This document shows positions 54,759 through 64,000 of a stretch of 64,000 nt of DNA, in pieces. The position numbers and the translations under genes were made by a program. The notes under the pieces are model-generated. The model did not search any database and was not told the DNA's origin. It saw only the letters and a program-made list of their open reading frames with translations. Source of the stretch: an uncultured Alphaproteobacteria bacterium (GTDB lineage: Bacteria; Pseudomonadota; Alphaproteobacteria; Rickettsiales; UBA1997). The stretch is taken from assembly GCA_949288805.1 (NCBI GenBank), contig CASELL010000001.1:89027-153026 (forward strand). Direction: 5' to 3'. How positions within the stretch are numbered: position 1 is the first letter of the stretch; every line of letters begins with the position of its first letter.

Positions 54759-54962
54759 ATGGCAGTACCAAAAAAGAAAACTTCTCCCTGTAAAAGAGGT
54801 TTGAGAAGAGGAGGAAACGGAACATATAAGCTAAATATGCCAAATGTTGTCGTTAATAAAGAAACAGGAGAATATCAATTACCTCATCATATATCTGTAG
54901 ATGGATATTATAAAGGTAAAAAGGTTATTCAAGAAAAAAACAAAGATAAAACAGAACAATAG
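54759..54962 (+). CDS. rpmF: 50S ribosomal protein L32
   Basis: MAVPKKKTSPCKRGLRR N-terminus. Canonical rpmF-plsX-fabH order. Confidence 0.9.
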   Translation: MAVPKKKTSPCKRGLRRGGNGTYKLNMPNVVVNKETGEYQLPHHISVDGYYKGKKVIQEKNKDKTEQ

Positions 54963-54964
54963 TT

Positions 54965-56017
54965 ATGTTAAATAAAAAAATTACCATATCTCTCGACTGT
55001 GCTGGTGGAGATAACTATCCAAAAGCAATGGTTGGAGGTATGGCAAAGTTTTTTGAAAAAAATAAAGATAAAGATAATATTAATTTTCTATTATTTGGTG
55101 ATGAAAATAGTATAAAAAAAGAAATAAACAAATATAATTTAAAAAAAGAATTCTATAAAATCATACATACAGATAAAAAAATAACTTCTGAAGATAAACC
55201 AACAAATGCCCTAAAAAAAGGAAAAGATTCTAGTATGTGGTTAGCGATAGAATCTGTTAAAAATAAAGAGTCTAATGCCTGCATATCAGCAGGCAATACA
55301 GGGGCTTTAATGGTTCTTTCTAAGTTTATATTAAGACCATTAGAGGGCGTTGATAGGCCAGCATTAATTCAATTATTACCATCAAAAAATAATAGCACAG
55401 TAGCCTTTTTAGACTTGGGAGCTAATGCAGAATGTAATTCTGAAAATCTTTATCAATTTGCCTTGATGGGAAGTGTTTTTTATACTTCTATAACAAAAAA
55501 ACAAAATCCAAAAATTGGTCTACTAAATATAGGTTCAGAAGATCTAAAAGGAAACGAATACGTAAGGAATGCAAGTCTAGAATTAAAAAACAGTATTTTA
55601 AAAGACAATTTTTATGGTTTTGTGGAAGGGAATGATATTTTTAATAACGTTGTTGATGTTATAGTTACAGATGGCTTTACTGGAAATATAACTTTAAAAA
55701 CTATAGAAGGAACTGTTAAATTTTTGTCTTTAAATCTAAAACAAATGTTTAAAAAGTCTTTGTTATCTATGATTGGACTTTTATTTTTATTTCTACCATT
55801 AAAAAAATTTAAGAAAAAACTAAGTCCAGAAACATATAATGGAGCTTTATTTATAGGTTTAAACGGAATATCTGTTAAGGCACATGGTAATTCTAACGAG
55901 AAATCCTTTTATTTTGCTATTGAAAACACTATAAAAATGGTAGAGGATAATATAAATACAAAAATTATGGATTTATTGTCTGAAGTAGAAAACGAGGAAG
56001 AAAATGAAGAAATCTAA
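54965..56017 (+). CDS. plsX: Phosphate acyltransferase PlsX
   Basis: ISLDCAGGDNYP, SAGNTGALM and VVTDGFTGNITLKTIEG. Confidence 0.9.
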   Translation: MLNKKITISLDCAGGDNYPKAMVGGMAKFFEKNKDKDNINFLLFGDENSIKKEINKYNLKKEFYKIIHTDKKITSEDKPTNALKKGKDSSMWLAIESVKNKESNACISAGNTGALMVLSKFILRPLEGVDRPALIQLLPSKNNSTVAFLDLGANAECNSENLYQFALMGSVFYTSITKKQNPKIGLLNIGSEDLKGNEYVRNASLELKNSILKDNFYGFVEGNDIFNNVVDVIVTDGFTGNITLKTIEGTVKFLSLNLKQMFKKSLLSMIGLLFLFLPLKKFKKKLSPETYNGALFIGLNGISVKAHGNSNEKSFYFAIENTIKMVEDNINTKIMDLLSEVENEEENEEI

Positions 56018-56963
56018 AATAATTATGACCGGTTCATATTTACCAGAAAAAATATATGATAATAAGTATATGGAGTCTATAGTTGATACTAGTGACGAAT
56101 GGATTACAGAAAGAACTGGAATTAAGAATAGACATATAGCTAAAGAGGATGAACTAACTACAGATTTAGCTTATAAGGCTTGCTTAAATATGTTTGAAAA
56201 CAATAATTTTGATAAAAATAATATTGATGCTATTGTTTTTGCTACTACAACACCAGATAGAATATTCCCATCTTGTGCTACAATCTTACAAAACAAATTA
56301 GAATTAAATGAAAAATGTTTTGCTTTTGATATTCAAGCAGTTTGCTGTGGTTTTATATACGCATTAGATATGGCTGATTCATTAATTAAAAGCGAAAAAG
56401 CAAAAAATGTTTTAGTTGTTGGTGCTGAAACAATGTCCAAAATAGTTAATTGGGAAGATAGAGGAACTTGTATATTATTTGGAGATGGGGCCGGTGTTAC
56501 TTTATTACAATCAACAGAAGAAAATAAAGGTATATTATCAACATCTCTACATTCTGATGGTTCTTACTTTGATATTTTAAAAATGAGTGGTGGACCGTCA
56601 TATAATCAACAAGTTGGTTATATTGAAATGCAAGGAAGAGAGGTTTTTAAACTTGCTGTAAACAAAATGTCATCGTGTGTTTTAGAAACATTGGAAAAGG
56701 CTGGTTTAACAATTAATGATATAGATCTACTTGTTCCACACCAAGCAAATCAAAGAATTATAAGCGGTGTTGGTAAAAAACTTGAATTACCAGACGAAAA
56801 AGTTATAACAACTGTTGCAGAACATGCAAACACTTCAAGTGCTTCTGTACCATTAGCATTAGATTATGCTATAAAAAACAATAAAATAAAAGATGGAGAT
56901 ATAATTGTATTGGAGGCTCTTGGTGGTGGCTTAACTTGGGGTAGTATAGTTATAAAATGGTAG
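56004..56963 (+). CDS. fabH: 3-oxoacyl-ACP synthase III (FabH)
   Basis: TSDEWITERTGIKNRH, active-site Cys context AFDIQAVCCGFIYAL, VPHQANQRI, GGGLTWGS. Confidence 0.9.
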   Translation: MKKSKIIMTGSYLPEKIYDNKYMESIVDTSDEWITERTGIKNRHIAKEDELTTDLAYKACLNMFENNNFDKNNIDAIVFATTTPDRIFPSCATILQNKLELNEKCFAFDIQAVCCGFIYALDMADSLIKSEKAKNVLVVGAETMSKIVNWEDRGTCILFGDGAGVTLLQSTEENKGILSTSLHSDGSYFDILKMSGGPSYNQQVGYIEMQGREVFKLAVNKMSSCVLETLEKAGLTINDIDLLVPHQANQRIISGVGKKLELPDEKVITTVAEHANTSSASVPLALDYAIKNNKIKDGDIIVLEALGGGLTWGSIVIKW

Positions 56964-57439
56964 AAGTAGATTATTCTATAGAAGACGATAGATGGAAACC
57001 ATATATAAAAAGTTTAAAAAAATACATTAATAATATATTTAACAATGTTGTTAGTGTGTTAAATTGCAATAGTTTTTTTAAAGATAAAACAATAGAAATA
57101 TCTATAACTTTTACAAATGATAATAATATAAAAAAAATAAATAAAGAATACAGAAATTGCGATAAAGCAACTAATGTTTTATCTTTTCCATTATATGAAA
57201 AAGAATTATTTAATTTAAAAGATGATTATATTTTAATTGGTGATATAATTTTATCTTATGATACTATAAAAAATGAAAGCATTAATATTACTTTTGAAGA
57301 TCATTTAACACATTTAATTATTCATAGTATTTTACATCTTTTTGGTTTTGATCATATGGAAGATAAAGAAGCAGAAGAAATGGAAAAGATTGAAATTGAT
57401 ATATTAAAAAAAATGAATATAGCTAATCCTTATGAATGA
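56957..57439 (+). CDS. ybeY: rRNA maturation endoribonuclease YbeY
   Basis: ATNVLSFP and the zinc motif HLIIHSILHLFGFDH. Confidence 0.9.
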   Translation: MVEVDYSIEDDRWKPYIKSLKKYINNIFNNVVSVLNCNSFFKDKTIEISITFTNDNNIKKINKEYRNCDKATNVLSFPLYEKELFNLKDDYILIGDIILSYDTIKNESINITFEDHLTHLIIHSILHLFGFDHMEDKEAEEMEKIEIDILKKMNIANPYE

Positions 57440-58305
57440 CACTTTCCACAATTACTACAACCATTACACAACATTTTAAAAGAACATTGATTGCACCTTT
57501 CTTTAAAATATTTTTTGTATACCTCTGTTCCAAATGTTTCTAAAAATAAATCATCCTTTTTACTTAATTTAAAATCAATTTTTTTACCAACAAAGTTTAA
57601 ATTACATTTTAAAGCAAATCTAGATTGATCAAATTTATTGTTAAACATATACAACTTACCATCTTTTCTAAACTTATTACCAGTTTCAGTAAAACAAAAA
57701 GTTATATTATTATTTTTACATTCATTAGATAATTTTAAAACCCAGTTATAATCTAAAACTCTCGATCCATCATAATTTTCGCCACCACAACAAACTTGTT
57801 CTATTTGATTCTCTTTTAGATATTTATTTATTGTAATTTCTTCTAAAAATGGAGCAACCATTAACCCTTTATGTTTAAAAGGCAAATCAAGTAATATAGG
57901 TATTCTTTCATCAACTCTTTTTTGATTTTCAGTTGTTATATTTAAAAAAACATTTTCCAAACCATCATCCCAATCTTCTGGTAAACATTTTAAAATTCTT
58001 TCTGGTCTTTTTGTTATTAAAAAAAATACAACATCACTTCTTTCTTTGATTATATTCCATGCTTCTTTTCTCCAATCATCAGCCTCTTCCAGAAAAAAAT
58101 CACTAGTCATACAAACACTGACAGTTTCACCACTTTTTACTTTATAATTACCATTTTTATCTTTTTTTATTGGGCTATTATCAAATGTCTTAAAAATTAA
58201 AGAACCATCTTTATTTCTTTGTTTATCAAGAAAGTACATGTAGCAGTGTTCACAACCTTCACTTTTTTTTATACAACCATGCCACGGATTCCAAGAGTTT
58301 AACAT
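57430..58305 (-). CDS. Phage Gp37/Gp68-family protein (DUF5131) with extra C-terminal Cys cluster
   Basis: N-terminal SWNPWHGCIKKSEGCEHCYMY is the family signature (WNPW.GC...S.GC..CY). C-terminal CNQCSFKMLCNGCSNCGKCH. Its 3' end overlaps the ybeY 3' end by 10 nt. Confidence 0.7.
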   Translation of the reverse strand: MLNSWNPWHGCIKKSEGCEHCYMYFLDKQRNKDGSLIFKTFDNSPIKKDKNGNYKVKSGETVSVCMTSDFFLEEADDWRKEAWNIIKERSDVVFFLITKRPERILKCLPEDWDDGLENVFLNITTENQKRVDERIPILLDLPFKHKGLMVAPFLEEITINKYLKENQIEQVCCGGENYDGSRVLDYNWVLKLSNECKNNNITFCFTETGNKFRKDGKLYMFNNKFDQSRFALKCNLNFVGKKIDFKLSKKDDLFLETFGTEVYKKYFKERCNQCSFKMLCNGCSNCGKCHS

Positions 58306-58321
58306 ATATTTAATTAGAATT

Positions 58322-58354
58322 AAAACTACATAATAAATAGTATTATGTAGTTTT
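58322..58354 (-). terminator. Hairpin (terminator candidate) between gmk and the DUF5131 gene
   Basis: Perfect 14-bp stem aaaactacataata/tattatgtagtttt with a 5-nt loop. The 3' arm ends in a U-run on either strand. Confidence 0.45.
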
Positions 58355-58359
58355 TAAAG

Positions 58360-58980
58360 TTATAACTTAGCAACAAAATCTTCCAATTGTTGTTGTTCAA
58401 TATTTTGAAGTCTTTTTGCATATATTATAGACTTAACTTGTTCAAAAGCTTCTTCTATATTGTCGTTGACAACTATATAATCATACTCATTAAAATGACT
58501 AATTTCATCTCTTGCTTTTTCCATTCTTTTTGTAATAACTTCTTCGCTATCTGTTCCTCTAGATCTTAGTCTATTTTCCAATTCTTTTATAGATGGTGGC
58601 AAAATAAATATTCTTAATAATCTTTTTACATCTAATTGATCGGAAACTTGTCTTGCCCCCTGCCAATCAATATCTAATATTATATCTTTATTATCAGCAA
58701 ATTTACTTTCTACTTCTCTTTTTAGTGTTCCATAATAATTACCAAAAACCTCAGCATATTCCACAAAATTATCTTTTTCTATTTCTTCTTTAAAAGTATC
58801 TTTACTTAAAAAATAATAATGTTTTCCATCCTCTTCTCCATCTCTTGGTTCTCTTGTTGTCGCAGAAACAGAAAGTTTTATATTTTCGTCGGTTTCTAAT
58901 AACTTTTTTGTAATAGTAGACTTTCCGGCACCAGAAGGAGAAGATAGTATTATTATGAAATTACTATAAGGTATCATCAT
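58360..58980 (-). CDS. gmk: Guanylate kinase
   Basis: P-loop LSSPSGAGKSTI, SATTREPRDGE and IDWQGA. Confidence 0.9.
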   Translation of the reverse strand: MMIPYSNFIIILSSPSGAGKSTITKKLLETDENIKLSVSATTREPRDGEEDGKHYYFLSKDTFKEEIEKDNFVEYAEVFGNYYGTLKREVESKFADNKDIILDIDWQGARQVSDQLDVKRLLRIFILPPSIKELENRLRSRGTDSEEVITKRMEKARDEISHFNEYDYIVVNDNIEEAFEQVKSIIYAKRLQNIEQQQLEDFVAKL

Positions 58981-59056
58981 AAATATTTGTATAATGTTTA
59001 CATTAAGTAGTATAATAATTTACTAAAAAATAAATTCAATATATATTTAAAAAATA

Positions 59057-59896
59057 TTATAAACTATTAGTTATAAACTTAATAACCCTATCATTATTTG
59101 AAAGATCTTTTTTACAACCAATAAATAAAAATCCATTACTAGAAAATATATCTACAACATCTTTTTTTTGATCAAAGCCTATTTCAAGATAAATTATTGT
59201 TTTTTTATTACAGTTTTTTGATATATTTTTAGCAATATATTTATAACAATCTAAACCATCTACTCCTCCATCAAGAGCAATTAATGGATCGTATTTTTTA
59301 ACTTCAATGTCTAAATTATCAATATCGTTAGTCTTTATATATGGAGGATTTGATACTATTACATCAAAATCACTATTTATTTTATCGTTCCAGTTTGAAT
59401 TAATAAAGTCAATATTTTGTATATTTAATAATTCAGCGTTTTTTCTTGCCACATTTAAAGATCTTTCATTTATATCTACGGCAACACCAGATGCATTTTT
59501 AAATAATTTTAATAAAGTTAATATTAGACAACCACTACCAGTCCCAAGATCCAATATTCTTATTTTACTATTAATATCAAAATCTTCTAAAACAGCTCTT
59601 ATCATACTTTCAGAATCAGATCTAGGATCTAATACATCAACATTAGTTAAAAAATCATAATCCCAAAAGGGTTTTTTACCTATTATTTTATATATAGGTT
59701 TACCTTTTATTCTTTCTTTTATTAGATTACTTAAAGATTCTTCTTCATAAAAAACATCATCTAAATGAAAAAATAATTCATTAACGTTTATATTTAATAA
59801 ATGTGATATAAAAATTTTACACTCCATTTCTGGAGTGTTTATATTATTTTTTCTTAATATATTTGTATATTTGATATAAATATTACTTACATTCAT
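59057..59896 (-). CDS. prmC: Peptide chain release factor N5-glutamine methyltransferase (PrmC/HemK)
   Basis: AdoMet motif ILDLGTGSGCL and catalytic VSNPPYI. Confidence 0.85.
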   Translation of the reverse strand: MNVSNIYIKYTNILRKNNINTPEMECKIFISHLLNINVNELFFHLDDVFYEEESLSNLIKERIKGKPIYKIIGKKPFWDYDFLTNVDVLDPRSDSESMIRAVLEDFDINSKIRILDLGTGSGCLILTLLKLFKNASGVAVDINERSLNVARKNAELLNIQNIDFINSNWNDKINSDFDVIVSNPPYIKTNDIDNLDIEVKKYDPLIALDGGVDGLDCYKYIAKNISKNCNKKTIIYLEIGFDQKKDVVDIFSSNGFLFIGCKKDLSNNDRVIKFITNSL

Positions 59897-60897
59897 TTAT
59901 AAAAAAGAATTTTTTGTATTAAATTAACAGCATCCATATTATTAATATATGTTTTTTTTGTTATTAAATCCATTGACAAATTGTAATATTTATTATTAAC
60001 TGTATCTTTATTATTCTTTGGTATTATTGTCATAAATTGTACAAAATTTGATATGTCGTCTTTCTTAAAAAGAAAAACAGAATTTGGATTGTTTATGCTT
60101 CTTATTAAAGAATTATAATTATTTATAGATAATTCAATATTAAGAGGGGATTGTTTTGTAAGTATACTAATATTATTGTCAAGTTTAGCACTAATATTAT
60201 AGTTATTTGTTATATCATTAAAAGAAAATACATCAACTATATTTTTTATAGAAACAAGCTGATTATTATTTTTTTCTAATATGTTTGAATATATAAATTC
60301 AAAATTAGCCTCTCCTTTATTATCGTATTTTATTTGATCAATATTAAGTCTTATGGTTCTGTTTTTATAATCATAGTCTTGTGTTGTAATTAATTTTATT
60401 GTAGTATTATTAAGATCTATTTTTCTATCAACATTTACAAAAACTAAATTATTTATAAAACCATCTAAACTCTCTAAACTCCATTTTTTATCAAAAGAAA
60501 CATCAATATTATCATTATTAACAAGTACATACTTATTAGAATCTTTACCGTATAAATATATCTTACCATCAACTGATATATTAGCTTTTTTTGTAAAAAT
60601 AACATTTTTAACAATAAGATTCTCAAAAATAATAGATGATGAACCAATGCTTGTTTTTATACCAATATTAAAATTTTTTATTTTTGTTTTTATTATAAAA
60701 GGAAAGCCACTAACACTTATTGAATCATAAGTAAAAGAAAATCTTGGGCTATAAAAACTATCTATATAATTAATTATTGTATTTTTAATCTTAAACCATA
60801 TAGTAATATAAGATACTAAAACAAACAAAATTATAACTATAGGAATAATAAAAACATTTTTACTATTAATTTCCTTAAAACTAGCTCTCATACACAC
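59893..60897 (-). CDS. Hypothetical membrane-anchored protein
   Basis: A single N-terminal TM helix (VFIIPIVIILFVLVSYITIWF), then an Asn/Ile-rich beta-type region. 4-nt overlap with the prmC start. Family not recognised; possibly the alphaproteobacterial DUF2125 type, unverified. Confidence 0.45.
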   Translation of the reverse strand: MCMRASFKEINSKNVFIIPIVIILFVLVSYITIWFKIKNTIINYIDSFYSPRFSFTYDSISVSGFPFIIKTKIKNFNIGIKTSIGSSSIIFENLIVKNVIFTKKANISVDGKIYLYGKDSNKYVLVNNDNIDVSFDKKWSLESLDGFINNLVFVNVDRKIDLNNTTIKLITTQDYDYKNRTIRLNIDQIKYDNKGEANFEFIYSNILEKNNNQLVSIKNIVDVFSFNDITNNYNISAKLDNNISILTKQSPLNIELSINNYNSLIRSINNPNSVFLFKKDDISNFVQFMTIIPKNNKDTVNNKYYNLSMDLITKKTYINNMDAVNLIQKILFYK

Positions 60898-60901
60898 CTT
60901 T

Positions 60902-62185
60902 TTAGTTATTACTTAAATATTTTAAAGGATCCATTGTAACTCTACCTTTTCTAACAGAAAAATAGAGTTGCGCCTCATTTACATTGCCGGTTCTACCAAT
61001 AGTAGCTATAACTTGCCCTTTTGTAACCTTATCTTTAACTTTAACGTTTATTTTATCACAATAACCATATATAGATAACCAACCAGAGTCGTGTTTAATT
61101 ATTATTATATTACCATAACCTTTCAACTCATTACCAGCATAAGCAACTTCTCCATCCATAGCTGCCAAAATTGGTGTTCCAAGATTTGCTCTAATATTTA
61201 TAGCATCATAAAACTTTCCATCACTCTGTTTTCCATATTTTTTAATAACTTCTCCCTTAACTGGCCAAGAAAATAAAACATTTGAACTCTTAGAACTTTC
61301 TTTTTTTTCTTGTTGTATATCATTATTCTCTACATTAGCAATAACATTTTGTTCTTCTTTCTTTACTACTCCTTCTTTTTTATTTTCTGTCTTTTTATTA
61401 TATACAACTTTTTCTTCTTTATAGTTAGTTTTATAATTATCATTTCTTTTAGCTAAATAAAGTTTTTGTCCCGGATGTATATTGTTTGGACTTTTCAAAT
61501 TATTATTTTTTATCAATTGTCCAACAGAAACCCCAGTTTTCCTAGATATTCCATATAAATTATCACCAATTTCAACGGCATAAAATTCTGGTAATTCTGT
61601 TTTTGAATTTGGAATCTTTATTTTTTGACCAATATATACATTGTATGGTGGCTCTATATTATTAATAGTCGCAACCTCTCTTAAAGACATATCGTATTTC
61701 AAAGCTATTCTTAATAAAGTATCTCCTTTTTTTACTGTTATAGCTTTATACTCTTCTTTATCAGTATTATCAAAAACTTTTAATTTTTGACCTATATATA
61801 TATTATATGGTTTTTTTAAATTATTTAATTCAACAATATCGGAAAACTTCATATTATACTTTTTGGCTAATCTTATTATATTATCTCCTTTTTTTACTGT
61901 TATAAAAATATAATCTACATTTTCTTCCTCTTTTTTAGTCTCTTTTTTTTCTTCTAAATAATTATCTTCAATAGTATTATTAGCTCTAATATCTCTAACA
62001 ACTTTATTATCTTTTCCTACTACATAGGTACCACTCATATAGCTTGGTTGTAAATTATTGCTACTTTTTTCTTCAAAATGACCAGTAGCACCCTCTTTAA
62101 AAACTATATTTGCTGAATCTTGTACACAAGAGGATAATAAAAATGTTAAAAACAAATAATTTATCTTTTTCATACTAGTTACCAA
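60902..62185 (-). CDS. Lipoprotein with three LysM repeats and a C-terminal M23 peptidase domain (NlpD-like)
   Basis: Lipobox LLSSC. LysM units VKKGDNIIRLAKKYNM..., VKKGDTLLRIALKYDM..., VEIGDNLYGISRKTGV... M23 region YDAINIRANLGTPILAAMDGEV...GNIIIIKH. The second-site His motif looks degenerate. Confidence 0.8.
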   Translation of the reverse strand: MVTSMKKINYLFLTFLLSSCVQDSANIVFKEGATGHFEEKSSNNLQPSYMSGTYVVGKDNKVVRDIRANNTIEDNYLEEKKETKKEEENVDYIFITVKKGDNIIRLAKKYNMKFSDIVELNNLKKPYNIYIGQKLKVFDNTDKEEYKAITVKKGDTLLRIALKYDMSLREVATINNIEPPYNVYIGQKIKIPNSKTELPEFYAVEIGDNLYGISRKTGVSVGQLIKNNNLKSPNNIHPGQKLYLAKRNDNYKTNYKEEKVVYNKKTENKKEGVVKKEEQNVIANVENNDIQQEKKESSKSSNVLFSWPVKGEVIKKYGKQSDGKFYDAINIRANLGTPILAAMDGEVAYAGNELKGYGNIIIIKHDSGWLSIYGYCDKINVKVKDKVTKGQVIATIGRTGNVNEAQLYFSVRKGRVTMDPLKYLSNN

Positions 62186-62188
62186 TAA

Positions 62189-63478
62189 TTAATAATTTAA
62201 AAACTCTTGATTTGTATTTATAACAACTTTTTTCTTATTTTGTAGTTGTAATACATAAAAATTTCTTTCAACCAAACCATTTGGCAAAAATCTAAATCTA
62301 CCATCTATACCATCAAAACCATTTGGATCCAATAAAGCTTTTTTATTAAGAACATAAGAGTCGTCAAATCTATCATAGAACCCATCTATAATATTAATTA
62401 AATCATAAACCATAGATGTAATTTTAATTGGCTCTTTCTTATATGTTTTTAAATAACTATCATAAAACTGAGCATACTTATCTGGGTTGGAACCAACAAA
62501 AATGACACCATCAAGATATGGATTATTAGCAATATTAGTATCTCCATCAAGTTTTGATGTTCCAACTAACTGAATAAATTTGTCATTTCTTTGATTTATA
62601 AATAATAAATTAGCTATTTCCTCAGCCATGCTTCCACCATCTGGAATAAATAAGGCTTGTGGATATATTTTTTCGTTTTCCTGTATAATCAATTCTGGTT
62701 CTTCTAGTTCTAATAGTTTGTTCTCTAATTTTTTTTTCTCAAAATTCTCATATATAGTTTGTGGCACTTCGTAAAAATTAACTAATTCACTAATTTTTGT
62801 TAACATATTCTTTTCGTTTTCCTCATAATAATCTGTTTTTATTAGCAAACCGTCTTTATTTATAATTGTGTTTCTTAATATTTTATTCATCAAAGCACCA
62901 TGCGTAGTATTTGGCATAAGAGCTACATAATTATAGAAATCATTTTCCATTAAGTAAGATATTAAAACCTGTATTTCCTGTTCGGGAATAGATCCTGTAA
63001 CAAAAACGTTGTCTATATTTTTTAATTGTTCATCATTAGATAAAGAAAAAGACACCAAATTATTTTCTTTAATTATATTCTTAATGGCTTTAGTTTCTTC
63101 ACTAAATAAAGGTCCTAAAACAACATCTATTCCATCTTTTACGGCTCTATTTAAAGCTTCAACAGCCCCAAAAGTAGTTCCTTTTGTATCATAAATCTTT
63201 AATACTATATTTTTTTTATTATTTTCAAATAAAGATAATTGAGCAGAATTAACTATAGATTGTCCAACAGACTTAACTTTTCCACTCAAAGGGACCAATA
63301 AAGCAACTCTTAATCTATTTCCAGAAACATCTGTATACTCATTAACCAATTCATCAGTATAAAAAGAAGAGTCTCCATATTCAACGCCACTTCTACCAGT
63401 AAAATAACCTAAATTACCAACACAAGATGTTAAACAAAATAAAAATAAAAATAAAAATTTTTTCATATTAATAACCAT
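62189..63478 (-). CDS. Lipoprotein with type-1 periplasmic-binding fold (LpoA/LppC-like penicillin-binding-protein activator candidate)
   Basis: Lipobox CLTSC. RVALLVPLSGKVKSVGQSIVNSAQLSL and GIDVVLGPLFSEE resemble the LpoA C-domain / Leu-Ile-Val-binding fold. The functional call is inference. Confidence 0.5.
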   Translation of the reverse strand: MVINMKKFLFLFLFCLTSCVGNLGYFTGRSGVEYGDSSFYTDELVNEYTDVSGNRLRVALLVPLSGKVKSVGQSIVNSAQLSLFENNKKNIVLKIYDTKGTTFGAVEALNRAVKDGIDVVLGPLFSEETKAIKNIIKENNLVSFSLSNDEQLKNIDNVFVTGSIPEQEIQVLISYLMENDFYNYVALMPNTTHGALMNKILRNTIINKDGLLIKTDYYEENEKNMLTKISELVNFYEVPQTIYENFEKKKLENKLLELEEPELIIQENEKIYPQALFIPDGGSMAEEIANLLFINQRNDKFIQLVGTSKLDGDTNIANNPYLDGVIFVGSNPDKYAQFYDSYLKTYKKEPIKITSMVYDLINIIDGFYDRFDDSYVLNKKALLDPNGFDGIDGRFRFLPNGLVERNFYVLQLQNKKKVVINTNQEFLNY

Positions 63479-63526
63479 AATTCTATTTTAAAAATAATAT
63501 AATAAAAAATATAATACAAGAATTTT

Positions 63527-64000
63527 TTATTTATTTTTTAAAACTTTTACTTTTTTAAGATGTTCTACATAAGTTTCAGAAAAATCATGTCCACCATTAC
63601 CAGTAGCAACAAAAAATAAATATTTTGTATTGGCAGGATTTAATACTGCTTTTATTGATTCTTCTCCTGGATTACAAATAGGTGTTGGTGGTAGTTTTTT
63701 TACCTTATATGTATTATACTCACTATCCATTCTAAGTAATTTATGTATCTTAACATCTTTTTCTTTACTAACATCTCCAAAAGCATAACCATAAATTGAT
63801 GTTGGATCAGATTGTAAAGGCATATTAATTTTTAATCTATTAACAAAAACAGAGGCAACAAGCCCTCTTTCTTCGGGAATACCTGTTTCTTTTTCCACTA
63901 TTGAAGCAAGAATCAAAGCTTCTTTTTTTGTTCTAATGGGTAAATCATCAGCTCTAGATTCCCAATATTTATTTATAGTTTTAAACATATCATTTTGCAT
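63527..64000 (-). CDS. mltG: Endolytic murein transglycosylase MltG (YceG-like), C-terminal part; N-terminus lies beyond the window
   Basis: ILASIVEKETG, LQSDPTSIYG, YNTYKVKKLPPTPICNPGEESIKAVLNP and GGHDFSETYVEH. Confidence 0.85.
   Translation of the reverse strand: MQNDMFKTINKYWESRADDLPIRTKKEALILASIVEKETGIPEERGLVASVFVNRLKINMPLQSDPTSIYGYAFGDVSKEKDVKIHKLLRMDSEYNTYKVKKLPPTPICNPGEESIKAVLNPANTKYLFFVATGNGGHDFSETYVEHLKKVKVLKNK

Noticed and set aside
1-64000. CRISPR arrays, IS elements/transposases, rRNA genes, prophage blocks and an alternative genetic code (TGA=Trp)
   Set aside because: I noticed no regularly spaced direct repeats and no transposase-like ORFs or terminal inverted repeats. No rRNA-like conserved stretches were seen. 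TGA clearly terminates virB3, and long ORFs are intact under the standard code.

Overview
Very AT-rich bacterial chromosome segment that uses the standard code (TGA is a stop, for example at the end of virB3). Gene content and order fit a reduced, obligate-intracellular alphaproteobacterium of the Rickettsiales type. Supporting genes are an rvh-style T4SS block (virB3, virB4, two giant virB6-like paralogs), RNase E with an acidic insert, rpsU, rpmF-plsX-fabH, ybeY, gmk, prmC, mltG, xerC/D-like, rdgB, bamE-like, and tRNA-Gln and initiator tRNA-Met. Genes are tightly packed, with many 1-20 nt overlaps, including convergent 3' overlaps. Three parts are not ordinary. (1) 2.7-20.8 kb is an all-minus-strand defence-type island between housekeeping operons. 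It holds a translationally coupled SNF2 helicase, DUF4391, type III Mod, type III Res and small PD-(D/E)xK-like gene set, plus a 1234-aa HTH-headed orphan giant protein, a DUF4143 AAA+ ATPase and two tandem KAP-family NTPases. The DUF4391 gene is absent from the ORF track because it is frameshifted near A-runs. One KAP gene is split. (2) A solitary homolog of the gene-transfer-agent baseplate/host-specificity protein (RcGTA g15 type, 1212 aa) sits directly upstream of the T4SS operon. (3) The 576-bp gap at 50.5-51.1 kb contains two near-consensus sigma70 promoters facing each other. One drives a short U-rich transcript that ends at a strong intrinsic terminator. The other drives a roughly 170-nt locally GC-rich RNA with helices I could pair by hand, which I could not assign to any RNA family. 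Other accessory content: hipBA; an ATP-grasp, 7TM-transglutaminase and retropepsin-like triad; a CsoR-family repressor with a short CDF exporter and a palindromic operator candidate; an M23 peptidase and bactofilin pair; a phage Gp37/Gp68 (DUF5131) gene; and a queD/ptpS-folE pair. I saw no CRISPR array, IS element, rRNA or prophage. All family assignments come from motif recognition by eye, not from searches.
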